Assembly: GCA_964016885.1 (NCBI GenBank)
Contig: OZ024747.1
Location: 14,632,001-14,696,000, forward strand
Source: Eledone cirrhosa
Taxonomy: Eukaryota
Reading direction: 5' to 3'
Length of the DNA: 64,000 nucleotides
In this document: one piece after another, positions 12,139-26,731 of the stretch
How positions within the stretch are numbered: position 1 is the stretch's first letter
Layout: the number at the start of each line of letters is the position of its first letter
Notes under the pieces: model-generated
What the model was told of the DNA's origin: nothing
What the model saw: the letters and a program-made list of their open reading frames with translations, nothing else
Databases searched by the model: none
Position numbers and translations under genes: made by a program

Positions 12139-12296
12139 ACTTTCTATAGAGATGATAAACACAACCACAACGATATGGTCCGAACGTGAAAGAGCCGAAC
12201 TCCCACTGTAATCGCCTCCATCTCTCTCGCCCTACCCATCTATCTGTATGGTGAGCAAATGAGGACCCACGTGCTGGCGCCCCCACAGCCCCGGCG
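12139..12296 (-). mobile_element. 3'UTR fragment of the CRE-like family at 8421-8753
   Basis: Diverged direct repeat of ~8421-8575. Confidence 0.7.
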
Positions 12297-12926
12297 ATAT
12301 AATTCTTTTTATAAAACATATACTAGACAAATGTGTTTCCACAAAAGTGCTTCGTTGACTCTCCTGTGAATAATTTGTAATTGCACTAACGTATCGTGAC
12401 TCAAAATAGAGAAGTATGTGAAGGCATATATGATAGGTTTATGTATAAAAAATATACACAAATCTCATTATGAATGTTTAAGTCGTAATGATAGCACAGC
12501 TAACTAAGTAGAGGTTTAAGAACACTAGAAACGTATCGAATAACTAATCATCGCTGATCATGGACTTACACATCCAGAAAGACGTGCCAGTTTACTTACA
12601 ATTCTGTTTCGAGTCCTTGAATTAAAAGACCTTGAAATAACAATAATGCAGGTTATATTAAAATGGTGAATCAAATAATGAAAGAGCCTAAAATAAGGTT
12701 TTAAATGTTACATAATTTCTCGTATCTCGCGTGAGCTTTTCTTCAGAATAGTGAAAAACCGACATAAATCCTGCATTCATTTCTGATTTATATTTACAAA
12801 CACACACACTTGCGCACAAACACATCACATATATATACCATTTCTTAGGTCAAATCCCCCTGAATTCAACAAGAAACGTTTCAGTTTAGTACTGGGTTGA
12901 TCCTTCCTCTCTATCTCATTTTTCAG

Positions 12927-13010
12927 TTCCTCTCTATCTAAGAAATCGGCTGCGTTCAAACCTGGAGAGGGAACGGGACCGCCATTTTAAAGAAATGTCA
13001 AAGGATCGTC
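12927..13010 (+). CDS. Candidate 84-nt internal coding exon (phase 1-1), product unknown
   Basis: Polypyrimidine tract plus TTTTTCAG acceptor; GTAAGT donor at 13011; open frame xPLYLRNRLRSNLERERDRHFKEMSKDR; GC higher than the flanks. Confidence 0.5.
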
Positions 13011-13094
13011 GTAAGTCAATGCGGAGCATACCTAGATCCATTATGAGTTACGGGTCTTACGGGTCCATTCATACAACTGTATATATGTATATAA

Positions 13095-13144
<50 letters not shown>

Positions 13145-13149
<5 letters not shown>

Positions 13150-13231
13150 GTGTGTATCACAAAAACATAAACGTTTTTTAGGTAGGTGATTAGATGAAAA
13201 TGGTGCCATTTAGGGTTCTAAATTGTAAGAA

Positions 13232-13232
<1 letters not shown>
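13145..13232 (+). repeat. ~90-bp interspersed repeat (reverse copy at 53060-53156)
   Basis: TTTTTTAGG(T/C)AGGTGATTAGATGAAAAT..TGCCATTTA..GTTCTAAATTGTAAGA occurs at both loci, each abutting (TA)n. Confidence 0.7.
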
Positions 13233-13293
<61 letters not shown>

Positions 13294-13599
13294 GTGTGCG
13301 TGTATGTAAGAGATAGATATCCGGGAGTTCCGACGGCGTGTATTTCAATTGTTAGTTTGTTCGAAACAAAGGTAAAACTCTTCCTGTAATTGCACAATCA
13401 CGTGCACATTTAATGTGGTTCCTGGAAAGGGTTTGGCTAAGCTGTACCTTTGAAATATCGGTACAACTTCTATACCCCATGAATCGCCTTGATCATGGTG
13501 AAATAAAGGGTATTTTTCTGGGCCAAAACGCGTCGACGAGAATCAAGCTCAAGTCCTTAGGATTATAAACCGAATACACAACATATACATATATATCCA

Positions 13600-13643
<44 letters not shown>

Positions 13644-14109
13644 TACAATATTAAATAAATGGAAACTATATTTATAAAACCATATTTATTTCATTATATA
13701 TATTTCGGGGATATCATATTAACAATATGCTATGCCTTCCTCAGACAAAATACAATATAAACAGTTTTATAGATAAATAGATTCGACATACCGTTATAAC
13801 ACCGACTTCCATTTGAAGAGGTTTACGCTGGCAGGCGTAAACCTCTTCAAATGGAAGTCGATGTTATAACGGTATGTCGAATCTATTTATCTATAAAACT
13901 GTTTATATTGTATTTTGTCTGAGGAAGGCATAGCATATTGTTAATATGATATCCCCGAAATATATATAATGAAATAAATATGGTTTTATAAATATAGTTT
14001 CCATTTATTTAATATTGTAAATATACTCCAATTATTTGTCGAGTGCTTTTATATCAGTTATAAATATTTACTAGTTGTAACCCAACAATTTTAAATATAA
14101 CTTTCCATG
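13644..14109. mobile_element. Palindromic PLE-type insertion, family B
   Basis: 185-bp arms at 13644-13828 and 13835-14019 (one mismatch seen), 6-nt spacer, and a 90-nt tail at 14020-14109. Flanked by (TA)n. Confidence 0.85.
13911..13976 (+). ncRNA. Minimal type I hammerhead ribozyme (mirror copy on - strand 13687-13752)
   Basis: Stem I TATTTTGT/ATGAAATA; CTGAGGA 13919-25; stem II GG..ATA..CATATT/AATATG..TAT..CC; GAAA 13957-60; palindromic stem III TATATA; ATA triplet ending at 13968. Confidence 0.75.
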
Positions 14110-14212
14110 TATATATATATATAAAAATAGTGAGAAATAGACGATTATTAGGAAGAAAAAATACATTTTTTTCCCTTTTATATCTGTATGAATATATATA
14201 TATTCGTATATA

Positions 14213-14244
<32 letters not shown>

Positions 14245-14245
14245 A

Positions 14246-14288
<43 letters not shown>

Positions 14289-14470
14289 TATATATATATG
14301 TGTTTTTCAGTGTGGTCTGCCCTTGGTGATAGGGACCGTACAGTAGATAGAACTCTGATGGATCTGATGGCGAGTAATCCAGTTAAATCCATAGAAAAAT
14401 TCTGTGTCTCGCTGAGTTAATTCGTTAGATACAGAGTCAGATATTAGGTATTAAATTAACAATTAAAATA

Positions 14471-14655
14471 GGGCGGTGGATTGGCTGTATCGGTAGAGGG
14501 TCGGACGCCATGCTTTACAGCATAGTTACGTCCCTTTACGATCTGAGTTCAAATCCCGCCGAGGTTAACTTTGCCTTTGATCCTTACGGGGTCGATAAAA
14601 TAAAGTACCAGTAATGAACTGGGTAATTTCTGGCCTTGTGCCTAAAGTAGAAACA
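14471..14655 (+). mobile_element. tRNA-derived SINE with 20-bp TSD
   Basis: A/B-box-like head; TSD TTAAATTAACAATTAAAATA at 14451-70 and 14657-76. Confidence 0.92.
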
Positions 14656-14678
14656 ATTAAATTAACAATTAAAATATG

Positions 14679-14862
14679 TGTTTCTACTATTGGCACAAGG
14701 CCAGTAATTACCCAGTACATTACTGGTATTTTATTTTATCGACCCCGTGAGGATGAAAGGCAAAGTTAACCTCGGCGGGATTTGAACTCAGAATGGAAAG
14801 GGCCGTAACTCTATGCGTCAAAGCATGGCGTCCGACCCTCTACCGATACTGCCAATCCACCG
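14679..14862 (-). mobile_element. tRNA-derived SINE, tail-to-tail with the previous copy
   Basis: Reverse complement of the same family; flanking CAATTAAAATA at 14666-76 and 14869-79. Confidence 0.92.
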
Positions 14863-14911
14863 TTTGTTCAATTAAAATAATAAAAAAGTCGTGTCATTTT
14901 ACCTATTCATA

Positions 14912-14954
<43 letters not shown>

Positions 14955-15184
14955 TGTGGTGTGAGAGATAGAGAGTATGAAAGAAAGATAGGTATATGGA
15001 TGTATATACAAGTTCAGTTGTATAGGTATATTTCTACTTACGTATCTATTCTCTCCCATGCACGTGTGTGTATGTTTCCGTGAGTGTGGGTGTAGTGTGC
15101 GCGTGTGTGTGTGTATAAACTGATACGAATATGTATTGAACAAATAATAGAGAGAAAAGCTATTTAAACCTACTGCAGGCATGA

Positions 15185-15187
<3 letters not shown>

Positions 15188-15251
<64 letters not shown>

Positions 15252-15301
15252 ATGTATGTATGTATATATGTATGTATGTATGTATGTATATATATATACA
15301 C

Positions 15302-15362
<61 letters not shown>

Positions 15363-15368
15363 TATATG

Positions 15369-15452
<84 letters not shown>

Positions 15453-15515
15453 CATACATACATATATATATATAAATGTATATATATATATATAAATGTA
15501 TATATATATATATAA

Positions 15516-15570
<55 letters not shown>

Positions 15571-15625
15571 CAAACATATATATAAATGTATATATATATA
15601 TAAATGTATATTTATAAATATATAA

Positions 15626-15659
<34 letters not shown>

Positions 15660-15772
15660 GTATATATATATATATAAATGTATATATATATATATATAAA
15701 TGTATATATATATATATATATAAATGTATATATATATATATATTTATTTATATATATATATACATATATATA

Positions 15773-15806
<34 letters not shown>

Positions 15807-15846
15807 CATACATACATATATATATAAATATATATATATATATATT

Positions 15847-15912
<66 letters not shown>

Positions 15913-16369
15913 TATATAGTTAGCACCCTAAACGTATAATTGGGATTATACTAAGGTATATCGTAATGTTTGTTGAGTGAGACGGAAGGCGGTCGGAGTA
16001 TTGCTTTAAGCTTTCTCTGTTAATGTATTAATATATATATATATACATATATATATAAACATATATGTATATACATATACATATACATATATATGTATAT
16101 GTTTATATTTATACATATACATATATATTTATACATATACATATATACATATACATATACATATATATTTATACATATATACATATACATATATACATAT
16201 ACATATATATATATATACATATATATATATTTATATATATATATATATATACTTATATACATATATATATATAGACATATATATACATTTATATGTATAT
16301 ATGTATATATATATATATATATATATAGGTATATATATTTATGATGTGTATATATATATATATATATAT

Positions 16370-16468
<99 letters not shown>

Positions 16469-16535
16469 AATATATAAGTATATGTATAGGTTTGCGTATG
16501 TGTGTGTGTGCATGCATGTGTGTGTGTGTGTGTAA
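15188..16535. repeat. Compound (TA)n/(TACA)n microsatellite field
   Basis: Seen directly; includes recurrent (TA)nAATG units at 15470-15730. Confidence 0.97.
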
Positions 16536-17744
16536 CTGTAAAAATGCTGCTGGCATTTCTTACTGCTTACTCACATGGGAGATAAATAGCAGGGATATTT
16601 GAACTCATCATAGCAATTATATAGCCTTAGGTATTGTGAAGCCATCTAATGCAGCAAACTAAAGGAATCTTTTTGAATTTATTTGTGCCCTATTGAAGAA
16701 ATAATCGAGACAAGCATGAAGAACGGAAATACACTATATACTTCATGTTTACAACCTGTGTCGTTATGAAACCTTTGTCCTTGCTTTGTAATTCGTTTTC
16801 AAGATATTTCCATTTTGTAAATACAGATGAAAATGAATAAATATATAAATATAAAAATATAAAATGTATTACAAAAATGATATGCGTTTTAAATCCTTCT
16901 AAATTCATAAAAGTTTTGATATTTATGTGTTAAAAATGGGTTTGTAATTTTTTTCTATAGATTTTCAATTTTACTAAACATTGTTTTATATGATATATTT
17001 TTATATTTTGTGATATTGGATTTTTATTCAGTTGTTACAATGAAGGACGTTTCGTATCAATACTTAGCCATACAGAAGGATATGATGTGTTTATGTATAC
17101 TTGATACTTAATCGTAAAAATGCTATATATTGAATAGCATGAGTCCACGTAACCAAGTGGCTCTTCGTTTTTACTGAATACGTCGCTGTAGTGTATTATA
17201 TATCTTTTACAAAGAATATCACTCCCAAGGGTTCATCCCAATATTACTGACCTAAAGAAACACGAAAATACCGAAACTGTTGCTAGCTATAAATCGCTAG
17301 CGCTGATAAAAAGGGTAAGCTTTTCCCTTTAGGTTGGTGGTTGTTTAAAGGTTACATATCTACTTATAATATTTACAATGCATTAGCATAGGTTCACTCT
17401 TAAAGACGATCTGAAAACTGCCGTCCATAACCTAATCATGTTCATAATCAGTGTATATTCTCCCGTCCGTACCAATTGCTTACATAATTATGGCTAATGA
17501 ACAGTTGTAATGCCCAAGTAATTATTATATATTCCTTGGATTTTGTTGCTGTTGTATTTTTCAGTATAGGCCTACATGTGATATACGATGTGAGCTCCTG
17601 TTCTTTGTTTTCTATATAAAATAAGTTGCCTGCCTAAAACAAAGAGATATTTCGTGTATCATTATGTGAGAGAGGGATCGCCTCAAATAATTCGACTATG
17701 ATGTCTTACTGCAAGAGTGATTTCGATATATTCCTGATATATAC

Positions 17745-18587
<843 letters not shown>

Positions 18588-18664
18588 GCATATATATATA
18601 TATACATATATATAAGTATGTATGTATACGTACATACATATATGTATACAGACGTACAGTAGCA

Positions 18665-18760
<96 letters not shown>

Positions 18761-19178
18761 CAGGTACACATACATATATGCACGCATCAGTTTAGCGGAC
18801 GCTTATTATAACGCCGCTTTGTTCGTTTGTAAACAAACTGAACAGCCTGAATTTATGCCATACGGTGTTAAGGCGACCACGTCACCTTTTTGTTCAACAC
18901 TGACACAGGAACGATGTACTAGTTTCAAGCTTGTTAGCTATCATCAGCACCGTATACCCATCTGCCAGATAGTTGAACGTTCGAAAGTATATACTTTCCT
19001 TATGAAAATTAACGGCTGAGCAGCCTAATTTGCATATTGAGTGAGTTAAATCGGTCAGGCATACCGAAAACGATAAGTTGAAAAAAATGAAAACGAAATT
19101 TCATTTCTCACTCTTAGTATGGCACTTACTTAAATGTAAGTATGTATGTATACGTACATACATATATGTATGTGTACC

Positions 19179-19276
<98 letters not shown>

Positions 19277-19373
19277 GGTACACATACATATATGCACGCA
19301 TCAGTTTAGCGGACGCTTATTATAACGCCGCTTTGTTCGTTTGTAAACAAACTGAACAGCCTGAATTTATGCC

Positions 19374-19614
19374 ATAATATGGAAAACAAAGAATCTGCGA
19401 TGCATTGGAACACAGTTTATTAACGTATTACAACTGTTTCTCCCGAGAACAGTTCAAGGTACTCGCCGGAGAAACAATTGTAATACGTCAATAAATTTTG
19501 TTCCGATGCATCATTGATTCTTCGTTTTCCATATTATTATACTCATCTCCGTAGGAACATAGAGTGCTCAACTGGCATACTGCCTATGAACGCATCCAAG
19601 CAACCTTACTACAA
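19374..19614. mobile_element. Short inverted PLE-type insertion, family C (hammerhead 3' half only)
   Basis: Diverged 70-bp arms at 19374-19443 and 19468-19537; GAAA-C...G-TC-AATAAA remnant; tail with ACTC (19541) and GAGTGCT (19562), ending in (TA)n. Confidence 0.65.
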
Positions 19615-19632
19615 ATATATATATATATGTGT

Positions 19633-19678
<46 letters not shown>

Positions 19679-22600
19679 GGATATGTGCGTTTGGGTGATT
19701 GTGTTCAATGCCGGTTGAATTCCATAGAAAGAAGAAGCGGAGTTCGACATATTCTGATGCGAACTCCATCTAACCCGTGTGAAACATATTTGTTTACTGC
19801 ACTCATATTAAATGGATTATTAATGTATTAATGGTCACCGGTATAATAAATCATAGCTTTCACGCAATATGCCACCTTCAATTCAATTTGATTAAATTCA
19901 GATTCTCAACCTCGTTAGTTAGCACATGAAAGCAATGAAATTTAAATTCCTTAAATATGAAACTCTTCAAACTTGCTAACAGGAATCACAATAAGTTGAA
20001 TACGAATAGATCTTCAAATACCCCTCGAACCATTTTGATTTCTTACCAAACAATGTGCAAAATAACGGGAACACAAACAGTTGTACTTTAAAATCCAAAC
20101 TTAGTCAATATTAACATAGAGAACTCTTCTCTACCAAAGGTTCTACTTTGCGCCACTTGACATATTAAAGTATAAACCTTGTTTATTCAAACATCAAATA
20201 CCAACTTGCCTGGTTTATTTTAAAGTTCAATGTTACACAATTTATGAAAATAATATTTGTAAAAAAAAAAAAAAATCACACTACTCGGATGCATTTCGTG
20301 AAAATTACTAATTGCGTGAATAGAGAAATACGCAGGTGCATTTTCGCAATATCGAATGTTTAAATCTGAACAAAATTATTTTTGCTGTGTGTGCTGCTGT
20401 GTCAGCTATCAAAGAGTTTGCGTGTATCTACATTCCAATCACGTTGCTAACGTACAGCCAATAATTAATTTGGTAACACGGTAGTAGATCTCTCATTATG
20501 GAATATTACTTGGTGAATTTAATCAAATTACTATTAGTCAACAACACACACATAAACATTACACGTAGTCATATATTCGTATAGACATTAGTTTGAATAT
20601 TATTTGGACATTTCGATAATAACACAAAAGTATGTATCCATTTGTTTAAGCTTTTGTAAAAAAAGTAAAAAGAATAACTTACCACCCGTCTATATATACT
20701 AAAACTTATGTATGTGCTGAAGATTATCTGTGAGTAACACCAAATTTACTATATCAACATGAAAATGAATGCAACTAATATGAAACAGTAACATTTCCCC
20801 TGAAAGGAATGCATTGCATTATAAACTTCAAAAGATTTTTCAAATCCCAAACATTCTTAAATTCGAAATAAATTTGTTTGCGTAGAATTATCTTCACTTA
20901 GATTTTCTACAAACCTGCTCTTTGATTTAAACGTCAAAAAGCTAAAATAACATTTTGCTTTTAAGTTTTGGCATCCAGTCATAAATTTTTTTCTCCTCCT
21001 CCTTAAAATGGCAGATCATTTAAATATGCTGACTTGATGAAACAAATAAACAAATGATGAACGCAAACAGTATAAAGAAAATAAATATAAAACACAAGAA
21101 TAAATCTCATGAATTAGCCATAAAAGAAAATAATTAAATTTCGCAAACAATATAAAGAAACTTTTTTTAAGTAAATTAAAATGCCAAATATATATACATA
21201 AATAAATTATAAAAAAAAAACACGAAATATGTTGATGACAAATGATGGAATTCAATGAATAAAGAGTTTACTTTTAGCAATTGAATGGAAAAAGAAATGC
21301 AAATTTAATAAAAATACCCACAAACCAAATGAAAGTTGTAATAATATTAATAATAATCATAACAACAATAACGACAACAAGGAACAGAAAAAGACAATAA
21401 GAAAACTAATGGGAGACAACAGCGATAAAAATGTATTAAAAAACAACAGCAATATGCAACGAAAACTACAACAGCAACAACAACGGAAGCTACAACAACA
21501 AAGAAATAAATTGTAAGTCAAGTGAATTTGAATACACGACTGAGTCGCCGCAAAACGACTAGCATATAACATGATGGCGAAATGTTATCTTATTACACGT
21601 TCTGTATTGTCTCTTATTTTTAAATTTTTTTCCGTATATTTCTTTCGCTAACATCAACTAATCAACGTTTGCGCGTTTCTGTAGTGGACATAATTCTTGG
21701 GGACACGGTGAGAATTCTAATGTGGGCAGAAGAACAAAAAGAAATAATAAAAGAATCAATACTGAATTTATTGCTATTTTCTAACTTATTTATATTTATT
21801 TTATTTCCTTGTACATTTATTTGCATGAGAGCCTAATACTTGCTGAAAACCCCCACCGGTCACATTATTTTATGAGTTAGTTGGGGCCGTAAATATTTCC
21901 TTTTCACTTCGAAAAGCTGTGCTTTATTCTATTTTAAGTGAAAAAGGAAAAAAAGCGAATGAACGAACAAACAAAAGATAAACGCAAATTTGTTTTTAGA
22001 ATAAACAAAAAATGTGAGAAAAGGGAGAAATAAGTGAGGTTAAATACAAATAGTAAAAAAAACAATTACGTTCCTCTTTCTTTCTCCTTCTATCAGTATA
22101 CCTGTCTATATATTTTACCAGCTATATTTTGTGTTTATCTATCTGTCTATCTCTATGTATCTATCAGTTCAACTCAGTAGCAATAGGCAACAATTTAGAT
22201 AATTTAACCTCAATCAAATTTTCCTCTCCTTTTTGTATATCTCTTTATCTCGTTTTCGGGTATCCAAAAGTCACTGGAACACAGCTACATTGCTTTTATA
22301 TGTAACATCGTGAAATTCTGGAAATACAGAATGTGAAAGCAAAATATATTTTATAGTAATTTAACATTTCAATCAGATTTATGAAATTCATCAGTTTTAA
22401 TATTACATCACCATTTTATTGAAGATCACGTGCTCATGTATATAAATGATTCAAATGAATATTGCACATCATCATCTTTAACATCATCATCATGACCGTT
22501 TGACTGCAATAGAAAAGGAAAATAAACGTCCTCTCTCATAACATTTTTGTTAATCAATTGTGCTCTCCAAGTCGATCATCGGTAAAAGGTGACTACATTA

Positions 22601-22871
22601 GCGAGATTAGATCTTAGAATGAAAAGATCCAGGACACATATATGACAATGTATCTTGTACAATATTTAATCCACTGACACAGATATATGATTTATATTGA
22701 CGAAACCGAAAGGATAAAAGGCAAATGTGACCTCTATAGAATTTAAACATGGGGCTTGAATGTCAGTTCAAATACCACAGCAATTCTGCTAAGTAGCTGC
22801 TGCATATTACAAGTTATTCTTTTGAAAACATTAATATTGCTTAGATTAGAGTGCGTCCTATTGGCTGGAGC

Positions 22872-22962
22872 CTAAGTCTTACCTTAACTCTAACCCTTAT
22901 CTTAAAGCTGATCCTCATCCTAATCCTAATCCCAACTCTAATCTTAACACTAACCCTAAGTC
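22872..22962 (+). repeat. Degenerate (CCCTAA)-like hexamer array
   Basis: CCTAAG/CTTAAC/CTAACC/CCTAAT units with 6-bp periodicity. Confidence 0.7.
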
Positions 22963-23560
22963 TAGTAGTAACCATGACCACACAATAACCATAGTAACCA
23001 TACTACTGTACAAACATTTAATTTTTGCGAATATATGTTGTATTGATAGACCTTTAGAGCATCGCACAACATATTGTGGTATTTAAGTACGGCTTTTTCC
23101 ATTCTAAGTTCAAATCCCACCGAGGATTACTTAATTTTCATACTTCTGTTGTCAATAAACCAACATATCAATCAAGTATTGGGGGTGATTTAATCGACTA
23201 CGCTATTCTTCTAATATCTGGCCGTGTGATATGCTAGAAACAGTTATTTGTAAGAATAGAGCAACTCCTCTACTAGGTCATGTATAGTAAATTAAGACTG
23301 CAACTAATATATATTTGCAAGCATAGACAAGTGAATGAAAAACTCTGCGTCGCAATCTATTGGTATTTTGAGTAAGTGACTTATACCGTGGCCTCGGTTG
23401 AAACAGTGCTTTGTGAATGGAATTCGATGTATGTATGGAACGGTAACTCTAAAGGAATTCGTAAAGAATGTGGTAGTGAAATATGTAGGTAATTTATCTG
23501 ATAGAAGCCATCCGTCTTCGTGGTTGAACATATCCGACTTCTTCGAGAGGAGAGAGCAAA

Positions 23561-23759
<199 letters not shown>

Positions 23760-24732
23760 AAAGAGAGAGTTATAGAGAGGGCGCGTGAAAAAGATACAGA
23801 AGAAGCATTGACCTAGTACTGGCTGAAAAAACAACGTTGACTTCCACACTATTTGGAGTCAGACAGAGCATGCAAAGAATCGGAATAAATACCGCGAAGT
23901 ATTCTATCCAACATTTTATCTATCCAGCCAATTCAGGCCTATCCCAGTATTTGACAGGTACTTTATTTTTTTGACCCCGGAAGGTTGAAAGGAAAAGTTG
24001 AGCTCAATGGGATTTGAATACAGAATGTAAAACCAGAATAAATACGTCATTATCCGCCGTTCTATGAATTCTGCCAACCGCACGTCCTTACAAGAATAAA
24101 TATTGAAAAAAAAAAAAAACCCAATGATTGATTCCTTTACTCGAAATGTTTTGATTGCTTGGTTATTAGTTCTCTTTTTTTTATGGAACGAAACATATGT
24201 GTGATAAATTCCCGTACTTCGGTTAAACGAAATCGATTATATGAGAAATTACCAGATGATATGTTGCTCACTTGCTATTGGTAAGTGACTGGTGCAACTT
24301 TCTTTTTTCAATTCCGCAAAAAGAAAAAAAGAGAGGATATTTGCATCAAAAGAAATTGCGATCCCCACGGTGAATTCTACATGTTTCTCTATGTTACACA
24401 TCTACCAGGGATTTTAACTTTAATTATTTTGTTATTGCTTCAAAAAAGGTATAAATACTATGCACGTCTTATCGTTCAACATTTATGAATTATCAGTAGC
24501 CCCAGCATAGCGTGGTTCATAATAAGGTTATATATGAAAGCATATAGGGTAGTTTTGTGTATACTATAAATGAGTCTCGCTATGAATAAGGAAAGGTTCA
24601 TTCAGTGGGACATATAAGAGCAATTAGGTCTCACTTTGCAGAGTCCTAGCTTTTGTTGTTCTATGACAGCATTCATATGTGTTAAACATTTTTATAACAA
24701 AATAGCTATCGTGTCTTGTATTCAGGTATAAC

Positions 24733-25217
24733 ATATTGGATGTTGCAGAGGGTGTCACCAGCCATCGTCCAAGGGTATGTTTTTGCCGTCTTGTCCGCGG
24801 GGTGCAGCACTCCTGCCCACTTCCCTAGGCCAAATCCTCCTCCTCCTCACCCCCCACTTCTGGGCCACCAGAGCTCTTGGCAACCCCTCCTTTTCCCGTT
24901 CTTTTTCTTCTTTCTTTCTCTCTTTTTTTCTATATTCCCTATTCTTTCTTTCCTTTTGTTTCCCCTTTTTTATTTTTTATTACTAATAAATACTTAAGAA
25001 ATTTTAAGAGTCTTGTGTAGTGTGTGAGAAAGACTTAGCGCAGTGTGTGTTACTTATTGACTGGCCGTGTATTAGTTTGCTCCTTAGCTCTCTCTTGCTT
25101 TAGCATTTGTCGATTGTATTTGCCAGTGGTGGTGACGCCTTGCGCTGAACTTTGCAAACCGTATTCTTATTGCTGTATTTGATCAACTGACTTTACTGTC
25201 TATGTAATATGTAAAAA
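24733..25217 (+). mobile_element. Another CRE-like LINE 3' end
   Basis: YWMLQRVSPAIVQGYVFAVLSAG matches the same C-terminal motif, followed by a pyrimidine-rich UTR and a short A tail. Confidence 0.5.
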
Positions 25218-26143
25218 ATTCATCAAGGTAAACTTTCCCTTCCAGCATTTTATGTAGATAAATGAAAGTAACAATCAAACATTTGATACAATTTAATCAA
25301 ATAACTTTTCCCAGCGAAATTGACGATCTTCGGCCTTTGTTAGAAACGTTTACCGCGGAGGAAATGTTGCCTTTTATCCTTTCATGCTTTGTGTCACTCT
25401 ACAGAACTCTGCTACAGTGCAGCAGATTGTGTTACCTTACGTCTAAGTTAAAAATATATATCCCATGCTAAGATGAGAATGTAACAAAGATATTATTCAA
25501 ATAGAAAAACAGAAGGAAGAAATCTTCCGAAGCTTATAGAAGCTTATCAGCCACTGTATCCAGTGACTGCTCTTTAACAGTTTCAGCGAACCGTTGTCAT
25601 TAATCAAGTCGCTGGATTTGTATAAAACTCATCAACATATCTTAGTAAACAGTATGACAAAGTAATAAATGAAGAGTAAATATAAATGTATTTGTAATTA
25701 TTGTTATAGTTGTGGTTTACTATTTATTTGATCTATCTCTATCGTGTAAGAAATATTTACTATGATGTTACAGAAAGTTAGAAATCCTTACCAAGACGAA
25801 CTAATGAGTCAGATTCTAAGTAGTCGATAGAGCTGTAAGCTAGATATAACAGCCCAATTTCTCACAATTCACATACACGCAATATAAAAAGAAAGTTTGT
25901 CTGTTTGCTGAAGCAACGGGTCTGTCACGGCTGGAACAGCTTTCTTCATAACTACACTTTTTATGGCTGACCGGGGACTAAAACATAAAATCAACTGTAA
26001 AGATACATCACCAAATGTAATCTGAAGGAAAAAAAACCATGGGATGTTTCAGACCAAAGATTCATTGAATCTCGCACTACTCATTTCGAACTGACCTGGG
26101 CCTAAAATATACAGATTTAAGCCTGCACCCTCTCCTCCCGTCC

Positions 26144-26436
26144 TCATCCTGTCCTCCTTACACAATATAAGGCCGTCAAAACTATCCGAAACTCTGCTCG
26201 CCTTTTCATAACGTTTATGTCTTTTAACCGCCCCTATTGATGCAAAAAAAAAAAAAAAAATCGGAAACAAAAAAGACAAAAGAGAAAAATTAAGAATGAA
26301 AACACAAAAAAAATATGCAATATTGTAATTACCTTGTTTGCTTTCATTTCAACGCCGTTGAAAGTATTTCCATTACACGCCCCACTTATTTCATCGGCAT
26401 CTTTTCTCCAAAGTGATGATTCTTCATTGGTAATTC
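26144..26436 (-). CDS. Candidate two-exon 3' end (26436-26333 and 26233-26144) of an unknown gene
   Basis: AAG|GTAATT donor; 99-nt intron with a strong T tract and TAG acceptor; frame stays open across the junction: ITNEESSLWRKDADE..KANK|GRLKDINVMKRRAEFRIVLTALYCVRRTG*. Confidence 0.35.
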
Positions 26437-26489
26437 CTGTTTATGGTTTATTTAGTGCTAACCTAATTTGATTGTAATATTGAAGATGT

Positions 26490-26529
26490 GTGTGTATGTG
26501 AATGTGTCAATATATATCTATTATATATC

Positions 26530-26604
<75 letters not shown>

Positions 26605-26653
26605 ATTTGAATGTGTCAATATAGATCTATTATATATCTATATACATATATAA

Positions 26654-26731
<78 letters not shown>

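Noticed and set aside
12700-12755. Minus-strand CTGAAGA...GAAA...GTA
   Set aside because: No convincing stem I or closing stem II.
22872-22962. True telomere or telomeric junction
   Set aside because: Short, highly degenerate and interstitial.
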